Source: a virus | Taxonomy: Duplodnaviria; Caudoviricetes | Length of the DNA: 35,710 nucleotides | Direction: 5' to 3' (one strand) | Virus record (IMG/VR): IMGVR_UViG_3300045953_000152 | Span: 1 to 35,710 of that record | Shown here: piece after piece, positions 1 to 9,080 of the stretch | How positions within the stretch are numbered: position 1 is the stretch's first letter | Layout of the letters: the number at the start of each line of letters is the position of its first letter | Made by a program: the position numbers and the translations under genes | Notes under the pieces: model-generated | What the model saw: the letters and a program-made list of their open reading frames with translations, nothing else | Databases searched by the model: none | What the model was told of the DNA's origin: nothing

Positions 1-117
1 GCCCGCGTCGGGCGCGGCGGCGGCGTGGAGCTGCTCGTGCAGCGCCTCGGGCGTGGACTGCGCGTCCGCCGACTGGCAGGTCGCGAGCAGGATGATCGAG
101 AGCAAGAGCGTCTTCAT
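1..117 (-). CDS. Secreted protein or lipoprotein, N-terminus only (runs off window)
   Basis: ATG at 117 overlaps the upstream TGA (ATGA), with a GGAGG RBS; translates MKTLLLSIILLATCQSADAQ..., a signal peptide with possible lipobox LATC. Confidence 0.65.
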   Translation of the reverse strand, partial: MKTLLLSIILLATCQSADAQSTPEALHEQLHAAAAPDAG

Positions 118-461
118 GGGGTGCCTCCGTCCTTCGGCTCGGGCACCGGTCGGGCGCCCACCGCCGTGGTGATTTCTTTGAGCTGGTCGCGCATCCACAC
201 GACGTTGACCTTGAGCTCGCGCAGCTCGAGGTCCTGCTCCTGGTCGTGCTCGGCGTTCTTCTCGACCACCTGGGCGCGGGCGAACGTGCCGACGAACGCG
301 ACGGCGGTTCCCCCAGCGACGAGCAGCGCGAGCCCGAGGCCGAGGATGGTCTTCCAGGAGTTGATCCGGTCGGCCCAGCTCTTCGCCCGCCGGTCCTCGA
401 CGACGATCGGCTCGGTGGTGTCCGCGTCGTGCCCGTTCCCGTTGCTCTCGTCGATCGTCAT
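114..461 (-). CDS. Single-TM membrane protein with coiled-coil tail (holin- or spanin-like candidate)
   Basis: Start at ATG 461 (ATGA overlap, AGGAGG RBS); hydrophobic ILGLGLALLVAGGTAVAFV followed by a heptad-like segment; lies downstream of the tail genes. Confidence 0.55.
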   Translation of the reverse strand: MTIDESNGNGHDADTTEPIVVEDRRAKSWADRINSWKTILGLGLALLVAGGTAVAFVGTFARAQVVEKNAEHDQEQDLELRELKVNVVWMRDQLKEITTAVGARPVPEPKDGGTP

Positions 462-853
462 GGCGAACCTCCTGAGCTTACGGAGATGAAGCGCCAGGCC
501 TGACGGACGTCGCACTCGCCGACCGTCATCGGGATCCAGTGGCGCGACGCTTCGACCGATCGTCCGCTGCGCGACCGCACCTCGAGCTCGTGCATCTCGC
601 CCGTGGCGACCTCGTAGACGAACACCGACGATCCGAGCGCGGACGAGGAGCAGGCCCGCAGCTCGGCGGCCTCACCCTCGCGGAGGACCTCGAGGTCCCC
701 GTCGCAGTCGGCAGGCCGCCCATCGCGGAACTCGCGCACCCACACGGCCACGGTGACGCGGCACGACCCGTCGGGCGAAGAAGCCTCGGGCGGCGCGCCA
801 CCCTCCACGCAGCTGGCAACCGCGAGAACCAAGAGCGCGCTACGTCCGGTCAT
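458..853 (-). CDS. Putative lipoprotein
   Basis: MTGRSALLVLAVASC lipobox; start 853 inside listed ORF 458..1069; stop coupled to the next gene. Confidence 0.6.
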   Translation of the reverse strand: MTGRSALLVLAVASCVEGGAPPEASSPDGSCRVTVAVWVREFRDGRPADCDGDLEVLREGEAAELRACSSSALGSSVFVYEVATGEMHELEVRSRSGRSVEASRHWIPMTVGECDVRQAWRFISVSSGGSP

Positions 854-1655
854 AGGTGTACTCGCAGTAGTAGGCGGCCTTGCCGTTGGTGGTGTTGTCG
901 TTGCGCACGTTGATCCGGTAGTACGTTCCAGTTGCGACGGTTTCCGTGAGGCCGCTCTGACCGATGTCCTGCTCGGTGCCGTTCGCTGCAGACGTCTGCG
1001 TTGAGCCGACCTGCGTCTGGTTGCCGCCGTTCGACCGCTTCCAGAGCGTCGCCGAGAGCGTCGCACCACCCGAGTTCACGTCGAGGACGCGCACCTTCCA
1101 CGCCTTCAGCCGCGCGCCGACGGGAAGCACCAGGCCGAAGCTGGCATCGGCGTTCGCCGTGGTTCCGGCCGTGATCTGGTCGGGCGTCGTCGAGGTGCCG
1201 AAGAGGTGTGCCCACGAACTCGAGACGAGCGCCAACGACGCCGGTAGCTGCGTGATCCGATCGCCATGCTTGATGTCCGCCTCGGCCGTCTTCACCGAGG
1301 TCGTGCCCTCGAGCGTGCCCGCAGTCACCGAGTCAAACGTGTTGATGACGGACCCCGACGAGCCGACGATGTCCGCGCCGGAGTTGCAGTTGATGTTGCG
1401 CGTCGTCGAGAGCGTGCCGGCCGTGTTGAGCGTCACGCCGTTCTGGAACGTCGCCGCGCCCGTCCACGTGTGCGCCTCGGCGAGGAACCCGTCCAGCCAA
1501 ACGATCCACTGGTAGATGAGGTTCAGGAGCCAGTTGAAGTACTGCGCGCCTGGCCTCTCGGGCGGCACCCAGCCGACGTCCTTCTTGCCCGGCGACGGCT
1601 CGACGATCGCACCGCCAACGTTTGCCCAGCGAGGCAGTGAGGATGGCTTTGGCAT
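840..1655 (-). CDS. Short tail fibre / receptor-binding protein (271 aa)
   Basis: N-terminal W..EP...K..GW...RP.AQYFNWLLN baseplate-anchoring motif typical of myophage fibres; Thr/Ser/Gly-rich beta C-terminus; follows baseplate wedge genes. Confidence 0.8.
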   Translation of the reverse strand: MPKPSSLPRWANVGGAIVEPSPGKKDVGWVPPERPGAQYFNWLLNLIYQWIVWLDGFLAEAHTWTGAATFQNGVTLNTAGTLSTTRNINCNSGADIVGSSGSVINTFDSVTAGTLEGTTSVKTAEADIKHGDRITQLPASLALVSSSWAHLFGTSTTPDQITAGTTANADASFGLVLPVGARLKAWKVRVLDVNSGGATLSATLWKRSNGGNQTQVGSTQTSAANGTEQDIGQSGLTETVATGTYYRINVRNDNTTNGKAAYYCEYTYDRT

Positions 1656-2483
1656 CTACGTCCCCTCTGAGACGGAGGCGAATTTCCCTCCACCGCCTGG
1701 GCTGGTGGTGTCGTCCAAGCCCTTCCCGGCAAAGGGGTACAGCGTCACCGGCGTGTCGACCGACCAGGTGAAGTTGTTGCTGAGCGGTGGCGTGAGGCCC
1801 TGGAACTTGTAGACCGGGCCCCCCAGCGTCGCGGCCTGTGCGTAGTGGTAGACCTCGAACGTCCCCGCGGGATCGCGTAGCGCGATGTCTCGATCGGACG
1901 CGGGGAAGCCGGCAACGCCCTTGACCGTAATCTCCGTCGCGCCCGTCGGAGCCAGAACGGTGAGGTAGGTCTGGCACGCCATCGTGAACATCTCGCCGGC
2001 AACGTCCTCCTGCCACTCGAGCAGGCCACGCACGCCCGCCGCCTTGGCGTCGGCGAGGAACTTCGCGAACTCGGCGGCATCACCGGCGAGGATCGGCTCT
2101 AAGATGCGCAGCACGAAGCCGGCGGGGAACTGGTCCTCGAGCTCCATCTCATCGATGCCGAGCGTCCGGAACACAGCGTAGATGTCCTCGCTCATGCCAC
2201 GCGTCTTGTTCACGCGGATGCGCGCCTTGATCCGGTTCCGGTAGGTGGTGTCGCTCACGCCATCGCGCGGCTGCCCGACGAGCCGTCCAATCACGTCGAG
2301 CTGCGCGCCGGCGGCACTGTCCAGGCGGTACAGGAGGTAGATGTCGCGCAGGACGTTCTCGACCCCTTGCGCGATGTCGCCAAAGCCCTTCGCCAGCTTC
2401 TCGAAGTTCGGCCGGCGCTTGAACTGCTCCGGCAGCCTCGAGAGGGCGATGTCGCGGTGGCTGACTTCGTTGAGCGCCATCAC
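1656..2483 (-). CDS. Baseplate wedge protein (DUF2612/gpI-like)
   Basis: LDSAAGAQLDVIGRLVGQPR..SD..YR..IKARI motif, AKAAGV; directly after baseplate J (start 2483 GTG or 2480 ATG). Confidence 0.85.
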   Translation of the reverse strand: MMALNEVSHRDIALSRLPEQFKRRPNFEKLAKGFGDIAQGVENVLRDIYLLYRLDSAAGAQLDVIGRLVGQPRDGVSDTTYRNRIKARIRVNKTRGMSEDIYAVFRTLGIDEMELEDQFPAGFVLRILEPILAGDAAEFAKFLADAKAAGVRGLLEWQEDVAGEMFTMACQTYLTVLAPTGATEITVKGVAGFPASDRDIALRDPAGTFEVYHYAQAATLGGPVYKFQGLTPPLSNNFTWSVDTPVTLYPFAGKGLDDTTSPGGGGKFASVSEGT

Positions 2484-3820
2484 GGCACTCCGTTGGAGAG
2501 GTTCACGGTGATCCGGCTGGTGTCGTGCACCTGCTGTTCACGCGGCGCGATCGCGATGGTCGTCTCGAGGGTCGGCGAAGCCGACAGGCCGATCTTCGCT
2601 GCGGTCACGTCGAGCACGCCGGCGATGGTGAAGACCTCGGCCTTGATGCGCGACGACACCACGTCCTTGCCGGTTGGCTGCGCGTTGCCGTGCTTGACGA
2701 TCGCCGCCTCGATCTGGTCGGCGCCATCAGACGGGAACACGTCCGGATCCTTGATGACGTCGACGGTGACGTAGATGAGCTTCTCCGTCGGACGGCTGAA
2801 CTTCACCGTGCGAACGATCCCCTGCGAGTCGGTGACGGTTCCGGACACGCCGCCGTGCGTCTGGATCCCCTGGCACACCGTGCGGAAGAGCGCCTCGCGG
2901 ATGTCGGCCTCAGCGCCGCCACGAACCACCCCCTCCACGGAGTGCGGCGGCATGCCGTCGCCGTTCGTCACGTCGGTGTCGTTGACGAAGATCGTCGCCG
3001 ACTCGACGTCCTCGACGTCGAGGACCTCCTCGAGAATGGCGTCGAGCGAGTGCAGCGCGCCGGCGACGAGCTCGACCGCTCGGCGGATCCTCAGCTCCTC
3101 GTCGGTCTCCTGATCGGTCCCTGGGTTGGCGTCGAGCAGGTTGACGACCGTCTGCCAACCGGACACCGGGGTCTCGATCACCGAGATGGATCCGGCCACG
3201 GCGTTCTGCGGCCCCGTCTCCTGGGCTTCCGCTGCCACATCCACGGCACCCGTCCCCTCGCCGAGGTACCGCCAGGTCACCGTCCCATCGGTGATCGCCG
3301 AGCCTGTTCCGGTGGGTCCACCCGAGCCTGCCGACGTGCCGGCGACGGTGCACTGGTAGGCACGCGAGCCGTTGAAGACCCGCTGCCCGACGACATAGCC
3401 GGTTGTCGGGGCCCAGGCCGGCAACGTCAGGAGAGTCACCTGGACCGTGGTCTCGAACCGCGTGCCGAGGGTCACCACGGACGCGACGCGCGCGAGCGCG
3501 AGGACGGTCCCAGGGGTGCCCGTGGCGGTGAGCGTGACGGTCGAGGGCGTGGCCGCCTCCCGGAAGGTCCCGGTCAGCGCACACAGCCCCTCAAGCGAGT
3601 CGCCGGTCGCCTCGTCGGGGTCCTGGCTGGCGTCCACCGCCTCGGCCACCTCCCACAACGAGGCCAGGGCGTCGGACAGGATGCCGATGAGCACGCCGAA
3701 GGCCGACTTCGGTCCCAGGTCGATGTTCTCGCCGAACTCCTGCTTGAACGACTCCTCGAGGTCCGCCTGGATCTCGCCGAGCGTCTTGCGGATGAACCCC
3801 TCGACGGTGAGGCCGGCCAT
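2480..3820 (-). CDS. Baseplate J/gp47 family protein with an inserted CBM-like module
   Basis: G...ETDEELR.R motif, PPHSVE.VV.GG, N-terminal LGEIQADLE..F...FG; position in the baseplate module. Confidence 0.92.
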   Translation of the reverse strand: MAGLTVEGFIRKTLGEIQADLEESFKQEFGENIDLGPKSAFGVLIGILSDALASLWEVAEAVDASQDPDEATGDSLEGLCALTGTFREAATPSTVTLTATGTPGTVLALARVASVVTLGTRFETTVQVTLLTLPAWAPTTGYVVGQRVFNGSRAYQCTVAGTSAGSGGPTGTGSAITDGTVTWRYLGEGTGAVDVAAEAQETGPQNAVAGSISVIETPVSGWQTVVNLLDANPGTDQETDEELRIRRAVELVAGALHSLDAILEEVLDVEDVESATIFVNDTDVTNGDGMPPHSVEGVVRGGAEADIREALFRTVCQGIQTHGGVSGTVTDSQGIVRTVKFSRPTEKLIYVTVDVIKDPDVFPSDGADQIEAAIVKHGNAQPTGKDVVSSRIKAEVFTIAGVLDVTAAKIGLSASPTLETTIAIAPREQQVHDTSRITVNLSNGVP

Positions 3821-4194
3821 CAGCTCACCCCGGGCGCGGACACGGACCCAGAGAACTCGCCGAAGTCTGTCGAGACGGTGAAGCCGATCGTCGCGACGCG
3901 CTCCGCAGGATCGAAGCGCAGGTCGAGCGAGGTCACGTCACGAACGCCGGTCACCTCGAGCAGGTAGGACCGGACGAGCTCGCGCACCGCCACGAAGTCG
4001 GGGTTCTTGACGAGGACCTGCTCGAACCAGGGGAAGCCCTCCTCCTCGTCGAGGAACCATTCACCAAGGAACCACTGGAGGTGGATGCGGCAGGCTTGGG
4101 CGATTGCCTCCCCATCGGACACCATCTCGATGTCCGCCCCGATCACAAGGTCACCCGTCGTTGGGTCCACCTTGAAGTCGCGGACCGTCGCCAC
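3820..4194 (-). CDS. Baseplate wedge / sheath initiator (gp25/GP46-like)
   Basis: AIAQ..RI.L..FLGEWFLD...G.PW motif; lies between spike and baseplate J. Confidence 0.85.
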   Translation of the reverse strand: MATVRDFKVDPTTGDLVIGADIEMVSDGEAIAQACRIHLQWFLGEWFLDEEEGFPWFEQVLVKNPDFVAVRELVRSYLLEVTGVRDVTSLDLRFDPAERVATIGFTVSTDFGEFSGSVSAPGVS

Positions 4195-4233
4195 GTCGAG
4201 ATGACGGTAGCGGTCGAGGGCTAGCGTGTTGGG

Positions 4234-4881
4234 TCAGCCGCCCTTGAGGACGGTGGTGCCGGTCGCCGCACTTGCTGGCTGGTTCGGAGCCCCTGTCACG
4301 CCTGATACAGGGTCATTGTGGGTGTGGCTGTTGTACGTCGAGATCGCGGACGCCAGCTCGGCGAGGAGGGCGAGCGCCGCGGTCCCGCCCGCTTGGATCT
4401 GCGTCCCGGTGATGTCGATTCGGGGCGTGGTGTCCTTGCCGATCGTCATCCGGTCGATGGGGGCGCTCCCCAGCGGATGCGCGAAGTCCCTCAGCCCGGG
4501 GATCGCGACCGCGTCCATGAGCGCGTGCCGGTGGTAGATGCCTGGGTCCACCGGACCCCCGCCCTGGTCGAGCCAGCGGTCGAGCGACGAGCAGCTGAAG
4601 AGCAGCGCGACGGTGTCCCCCACCGCCACCGGGAAGGTGACGCGGAAGCCGCCGGCGCCGGGGAATACGACGGGCACATTGGGGACGACCGGCAGGTCCT
4701 CGACGACGCGCTCCTCGCCCTCGTCGAGAAACCAGTCCTTGATGAGCGGCTGCACGTCGGCCTGCTGGAGAGCGGCGTCGTAGCGCACGACCTTCCCCGG
4801 GAGCATCGTCCGCAGGCCGGCCATGGCCGCATGGACGGCGGCGTCCAGCACCTTGGCCATCGTCGGGCTGCGCGTCGTCAC
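4234..4881 (-). CDS. Baseplate central spike (Gp138/gpV-like)
   Basis: GTG 4881 overlapping the hub stop; LPGKVVRYD...VQP, VPVVFPGAGGF...PV..GD, and C-terminal HTH (His-x-His) metal-binding tip. Confidence 0.88.
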   Translation of the reverse strand: MTTRSPTMAKVLDAAVHAAMAGLRTMLPGKVVRYDAALQQADVQPLIKDWFLDEGEERVVEDLPVVPNVPVVFPGAGGFRVTFPVAVGDTVALLFSCSSLDRWLDQGGGPVDPGIYHRHALMDAVAIPGLRDFAHPLGSAPIDRMTIGKDTTPRIDITGTQIQAGGTAALALLAELASAISTYNSHTHNDPVSGVTGAPNQPASAATGTTVLKGG

Positions 4882-5777
4882 AGCGGCACTACCTCGGCCG
4901 TCGAGTACCACTCGCCCCCTGCCGTGTCCCCCGAATGCTCCACCTTGTGCACGACGTACCTGCCCTTCTGCGCCGCGGCGTCGAGCTCGAGCTGCCCGCC
5001 AGGGCGGATGGTCGGCTGCAGGAGTGAGCGCACGCGCAACACCGGCGGACCGCCCTGCTTCAGGGGCGAGCCGAACTCGGGCGAGCCGATGAGACCTGAG
5101 TCCGGTGTGAGAAGCACCGCCCCGCCGGACATGGCCGCGTCGACCTTCAAGATCTGCAACCGTCCGTCCTGGATCGACCACTCGTAGCCCTGCGCAGAGA
5201 GCGCCTTGGTCAGTTCTCGGCTCGCCGGACCGTGGGCGACGTAGCCGTGCTTGAAGTGCCCCTTCACGCTGCCGGCCTGCTCGACCAGGTTTCCGAGGTC
5301 GAGGCCCATGCGCTTCCCGATCTCGTGCACGATCGTCGTCGCGGGGGTACCACCCTTGAATGCGATGTTCACGCGGGCATGGCGGAACGCGCGCTCTCCG
5401 TCACCCGCCTGGATCTTCGTCGCCCATTCCGCGCCGGGGTGTGTGTGCTCGATGAGACGCACGTCGCCCCCGAAGACCTGCGCCATCGTGTCCGCGTAGC
5501 CGGCCTGCAGGATGAGCTTGGCGCCCTTCGCCTGCATGCCTCCACGCGTCGCCTCCGCGAGGTTGAAGATCGTCGCCTCGCAGGTGTTCGGTTCCTTGCT
5601 CCTGGTCTTCACCACGCGGAACTGCACGCGCAGCTCCTCGACCTCGATGGCGTTGAGCGACACGCCGGCGAAGTCCTCGGCCATCGGCTGAGCCACCGTG
5701 ACGCGCACCCGCCTCTCGAAGAGAGAGAAGCCCTGCGTCGGCTTGAGGGGCAGAAGCGCCGAGCCGAAGAACGGCAC
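4878..5777 (-). CDS. Baseplate hub protein
   Basis: PN....IFNL, LQAGY, WSIQDG.L, GLIGSP, LLQP.IRPG, H.GDT.GGEW motifs. Confidence 0.85.
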   Translation of the reverse strand: MPFFGSALLPLKPTQGFSLFERRVRVTVAQPMAEDFAGVSLNAIEVEELRVQFRVVKTRSKEPNTCEATIFNLAEATRGGMQAKGAKLILQAGYADTMAQVFGGDVRLIEHTHPGAEWATKIQAGDGERAFRHARVNIAFKGGTPATTIVHEIGKRMGLDLGNLVEQAGSVKGHFKHGYVAHGPASRELTKALSAQGYEWSIQDGRLQILKVDAAMSGGAVLLTPDSGLIGSPEFGSPLKQGGPPVLRVRSLLQPTIRPGGQLELDAAAQKGRYVVHKVEHSGDTAGGEWYSTAEVVPL

Positions 5778-6110
5778 CTAGCCAGGACCCCCGACCTCGA
5801 AGTACTCGAGCTGCACGCGGCTGCCGAGCTCGCCGAGGCCAGGGTCACGCCCCTCGCCCGACGTGTCCACCGCCAAGAGGGCGCCCGGTGGCATGCCCTT
5901 TACGCCCCGCGCGCGCGCAGCCAGCGGGAGCCCGACCGTGACGCGGATGCTCGTGCGGATGGGCGTCCCGTCCTCGGTCCGCACGTCCATGAACCAACCG
6001 CTGTCGCGGTCGTTCCAGTAGAACTCTAGCGTGTACGTCGCGCCGTCGAGCACCACCTGGAGGTCGAAGTGGGTCAGCTCTGGGTCGGTGGGCAGCGGCA
6101 GCGTCGCCAT
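5778..6110 (-). CDS. Baseplate plug-like small protein
   Basis: ATG 6110; V.LDGATY.L...WN.R...W.MD motif; lies between the Dit-like and hub genes. Confidence 0.75.
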   Translation of the reverse strand: MATLPLPTDPELTHFDLQVVLDGATYTLEFYWNDRDSGWFMDVRTEDGTPIRTSIRVTVGLPLAARARGVKGMPPGALLAVDTSGEGRDPGLGELGSRVQLEYFEVGGPG

Positions 6111-6802
6111 CAGAGCAGGCCCCAGTTCTTGAACGCCGGGCCACCGTACTGCTCCAGCGTGGACGCCTTCCGGGACGTCGACACGTCCTCGAAGACGTTG
6201 TTGAACTGCTTGTTCACCGCCTTCACCTTCGCGTCGGTGATCCGCTTGCCCGACTTCTTCCCGAGGCGCACCTTCCTTCGCCCGTTGGCCTTCTTCGTCT
6301 TCTTCTGGCGCAGGGTCGTCGTCTTGTTCTTGACGATGACGAGCTCGCGGAACGTGGCGGAGAACCGCAGGGCGTCCCCGGTCCGCGGGTCGCGCGGCAC
6401 GCTGAGGCTGGTCATCAGCATGTTCGTGTACGTCCGCAGCTGGGTGATGACCGTGATCAGCTTCGGCGTCCTCCGCAGCGCCTCGAGCTTCGCGTACGCC
6501 TCTTCGGCGTAGCCCGGGCTGTCCCTCAGCGCGTCCTCGGGGGACGTCGTCTCGAGCTGCTGTCCGAACGCCTCGACGATCCGCCTGGACTGCGTGCTGT
6601 TGAGGGGCGTATTCGTGACGATCCCCTCGACGGTGAACATCGCCGGCTTCGTGCGGGCGTGGTCGGTGACGTTGGCGCCCTCCTCGACGGGATGGTCTGT
6701 CACCTCCACCTCGCCCTGGTGCACCTCGCTCGTCGTCACGTCGCACGTGATCGTATCGATCTGCGTCGGCGTCACCTTCGCGATGATCTTCATCTCGGCC
6801 AT
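6110..6802 (-). CDS. Tail tube initiator / Dit-like baseplate protein
   Basis: E.H....EVTDHPVEEGANVTDH and Y.NML.TSLS motifs; follows tape measure. Confidence 0.85.
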   Translation of the reverse strand: MAEMKIIAKVTPTQIDTITCDVTTSEVHQGEVEVTDHPVEEGANVTDHARTKPAMFTVEGIVTNTPLNSTQSRRIVEAFGQQLETTSPEDALRDSPGYAEEAYAKLEALRRTPKLITVITQLRTYTNMLMTSLSVPRDPRTGDALRFSATFRELVIVKNKTTTLRQKKTKKANGRRKVRLGKKSGKRITDAKVKAVNKQFNNVFEDVSTSRKASTLEQYGGPAFKNWGLL

Positions 6803-8476
6803 CTACTCAACCCCCGTCGCCGCGCCCGTGTGGTTGAGCATGGACTGGAACCAGGTCTCGAACTCGGTCCGGGCGGCGCCGGCCACCTGCTCAGGGGTCT
6901 GTCCTGGCGCCGCGGTGATGTTGAACTGCGCGTTGAACTTGGAGTTGATCTGCGTCGGCGCCTTGGCCACGGGCGGGCCGAAGCCCGGCAACCTTCCTGT
7001 GCTCAGCCACCGGAACGCCCAGTCGTTGTCCGCTCGGATGGTCTCCCCCCTGGCGTTCGCCTCCCCGCGCATCTTCATCTGGGTGAGGCCCTTGCGGAAG
7101 AACTCACCCCCGCCCTTGCCGACGTGCGCGATCTCCTCGATGCCGAGCACATCGCGCACCTTGCCGGGGATCTTGCGGATGAGCGCGTTGATCCCGTCGA
7201 TGAACCAGTTGAAGAAGTCCGCGAAGGCCTTCTTCCAGAAGGCGACGGAGTTCTTGATGGCGTCGTCGAGGTTGTAGAAGGTGTCAACGAACGCCTTCAG
7301 GACCTTCATCCACCAGGGGTCGTCGGGGTTCGGCTTCAGCCAGTCCTGGATGAAGGCGTTCCACCGGTCGTAGAGCTTCTCGAGGAGAGAGTCTCCGCCC
7401 TTGAACGCGACCCACAGGTCCTCCGCGACGAGGATGATCGCCGCGATGATCGCCGCGATGACGACGATCGGCGCGGCGGCGAGCGCCCAGGTCGCTGCCG
7501 CCTTCAGCCCGGCCGACACCGCGGCGAGCCCCGCCGCATAGTAGCTGCCGGCGAGCGCATAGAGCGCGCTGATGTTCGCCGTGATGGCAGCGATCACGAC
7601 GCTGCTGATGGCGAGCGCGAAGAGCTTCCAGTGCTCCACGATGAACTCGACCGCCTTACCGAGCGCCACGACGGTCTTCCACAGCGCCTCGAGCGCTTTG
7701 CCAAGGACGCGCACGACCTTGTCGATCCGCTGCTTGATGAGCTCGCGGTTCGCCTTGATCCAGGCGACCCACCCCTTGAACAGCTGGACGAACGAGCCGA
7801 GCAGCGGGCCCGCGATCGCGTTGCGTACGCCGCGGACGGCGCCCTTGAGGCGCGTCCACTCATCGTCCATCTGCGCACCCTTCTTGATCGTGCTCTCGTC
7901 GAGCACCAGGCCGAGGTCATGCGCCTCCTTGCGCATTCCCGCCAGGCCCTCACGACCTGCGTTGAGCAAGGGAATCATCTGGCCGCCCCCACGCCCGAAC
8001 GCCTGCATCGCGATGGCCGCCTTCTCGGTGCCGTCGGGCATGCGCGAGAACTTCTCGGCCAGGTCGCCCATCACGGCGTCGGCAGAGCGGAGGTTGCCGG
8101 CCGCGTCCTTGAGCTGGATTCCCTTGAAGGCCCGGCGGGCCTCCGTCGACCCGCGGGCCGCAGCGGCGATGTTGCGCTGCAGGATGCCCATCGACTGTGC
8201 CAGCGTCTGCACGTCGAGCCCGGAGAAGCTCGCCGCGTGGGCTAGCTCCTGGAGCGCGGTCGTGCCCACGCCGGTCCGCTGCGACAGCTCATCGATCTGG
8301 TCTGCGCTAGCGGAGACGCTGAACACCATCCGCGAGATCGCCGCGCCGGCTGCTGCCGCCACGGCCGCCGCCGCCTGCAGTCCCTTCTTGATGCCGCCGA
8401 GGAGCGTGTCGGCCTTGCTGAAGGACGCCCCGTCGATGTCCAGGCCGAGCTTGGCGAAGAGCTCCGTGACCGTCAC
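6803..8476 (-). CDS. Tape measure protein (557 aa)
   Basis: Ala-rich helical protein with FGRGG..MIPLLN.G motif, hydrophobic central segment and Trp-spaced repeats; follows the chaperone. Confidence 0.9.
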   Translation of the reverse strand: MTVTELFAKLGLDIDGASFSKADTLLGGIKKGLQAAAAVAAAAGAAISRMVFSVSASADQIDELSQRTGVGTTALQELAHAASFSGLDVQTLAQSMGILQRNIAAAARGSTEARRAFKGIQLKDAAGNLRSADAVMGDLAEKFSRMPDGTEKAAIAMQAFGRGGGQMIPLLNAGREGLAGMRKEAHDLGLVLDESTIKKGAQMDDEWTRLKGAVRGVRNAIAGPLLGSFVQLFKGWVAWIKANRELIKQRIDKVVRVLGKALEALWKTVVALGKAVEFIVEHWKLFALAISSVVIAAITANISALYALAGSYYAAGLAAVSAGLKAAATWALAAAPIVVIAAIIAAIILVAEDLWVAFKGGDSLLEKLYDRWNAFIQDWLKPNPDDPWWMKVLKAFVDTFYNLDDAIKNSVAFWKKAFADFFNWFIDGINALIRKIPGKVRDVLGIEEIAHVGKGGGEFFRKGLTQMKMRGEANARGETIRADNDWAFRWLSTGRLPGFGPPVAKAPTQINSKFNAQFNITAAPGQTPEQVAGAARTEFETWFQSMLNHTGAATGVE

Positions 8477-9065
8477 GTGGGCACCTTCGGCGCGAGCCTG
8501 GCCTGCGCTTCCTCCATCGCCTCTATGACGTCGTGGGCGTCCATCACGTCATCGATCGACCACCAGGTCTCCAGCTCCTCGAGCGTCGCTGTGCCCTCGT
8601 ACACGAGGCGCCAGCAGGGCCAGGCGTCCTCTAGCCGCTCTGGGACGGCAATTCGGGCTGCTTGCTGGCCTGGTCGGCGAGGGCGGGCAGCCAGTCGCGA
8701 AAATTTCCGTAGTTCACCTCGATGGCGAACGCCAGTAGCTTGAGCAGCGTCGGGATGCGGCCCTGCATGAGAATGTCGAACGCCGGCATCAGCGGCTTCC
8801 CATCGATGTGGGCGGTCTTGAGCAGCTCGCCGGTGATGGCCTCCAAGTCGTTCTCGTCCAACCGCTCGAGGAGCGCCCCGACGCCAGCGCCGAGCTCGGC
8901 GACGTTCATCTCCGCCAGCTTCCCCTTGAGCCCACCGGCGACCTGGGCGATCGCCGGCCCAAGGGCTCTCCCCAGGCGGTGGAACATCTTGAACCCGCGC
9001 ATGGCGGGGAGCTGGGTCACCGCGAACCTGGTTCCGTCGATTACTCGTTCCTGGGTCTTCTGCAT
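8473..9065 (-). CDS. Frameshift-extended tail assembly chaperone (gpGT-like), shift at 8700-8706
   Basis: The -1 frame after A AAT TTT stays open to TGA at 8473 and encodes ...ATLEELETWWSIDDVMD..., typical of the second chaperone segment. Confidence 0.75.
8631..9065 (-). CDS. Tail assembly chaperone (gpG-like)
   Basis: 144 aa between tube and tape measure; ends ...AIEVNYGNF. Confidence 0.85.
   Translation of the reverse strand: MQKTQERVIDGTRFAVTQLPAMRGFKMFHRLGRALGPAIAQVAGGLKGKLAEMNVAELGAGVGALLERLDENDLEAITGELLKTAHIDGKPLMPAFDILMQGRIPTLLKLLAFAIEVNYGNFRDWLPALADQASKQPELPSQSG
8700..8706 (-). other. -1 ribosomal frameshift slippery heptamer A AAT TTT
   Basis: X XXY YYZ pattern in the correct codon phase (GGA AAT TTT); rare AT run in this GC-rich DNA. 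Confidence 0.8.
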
Positions 9066-9080
9066 AGGTCACCTACCGGG

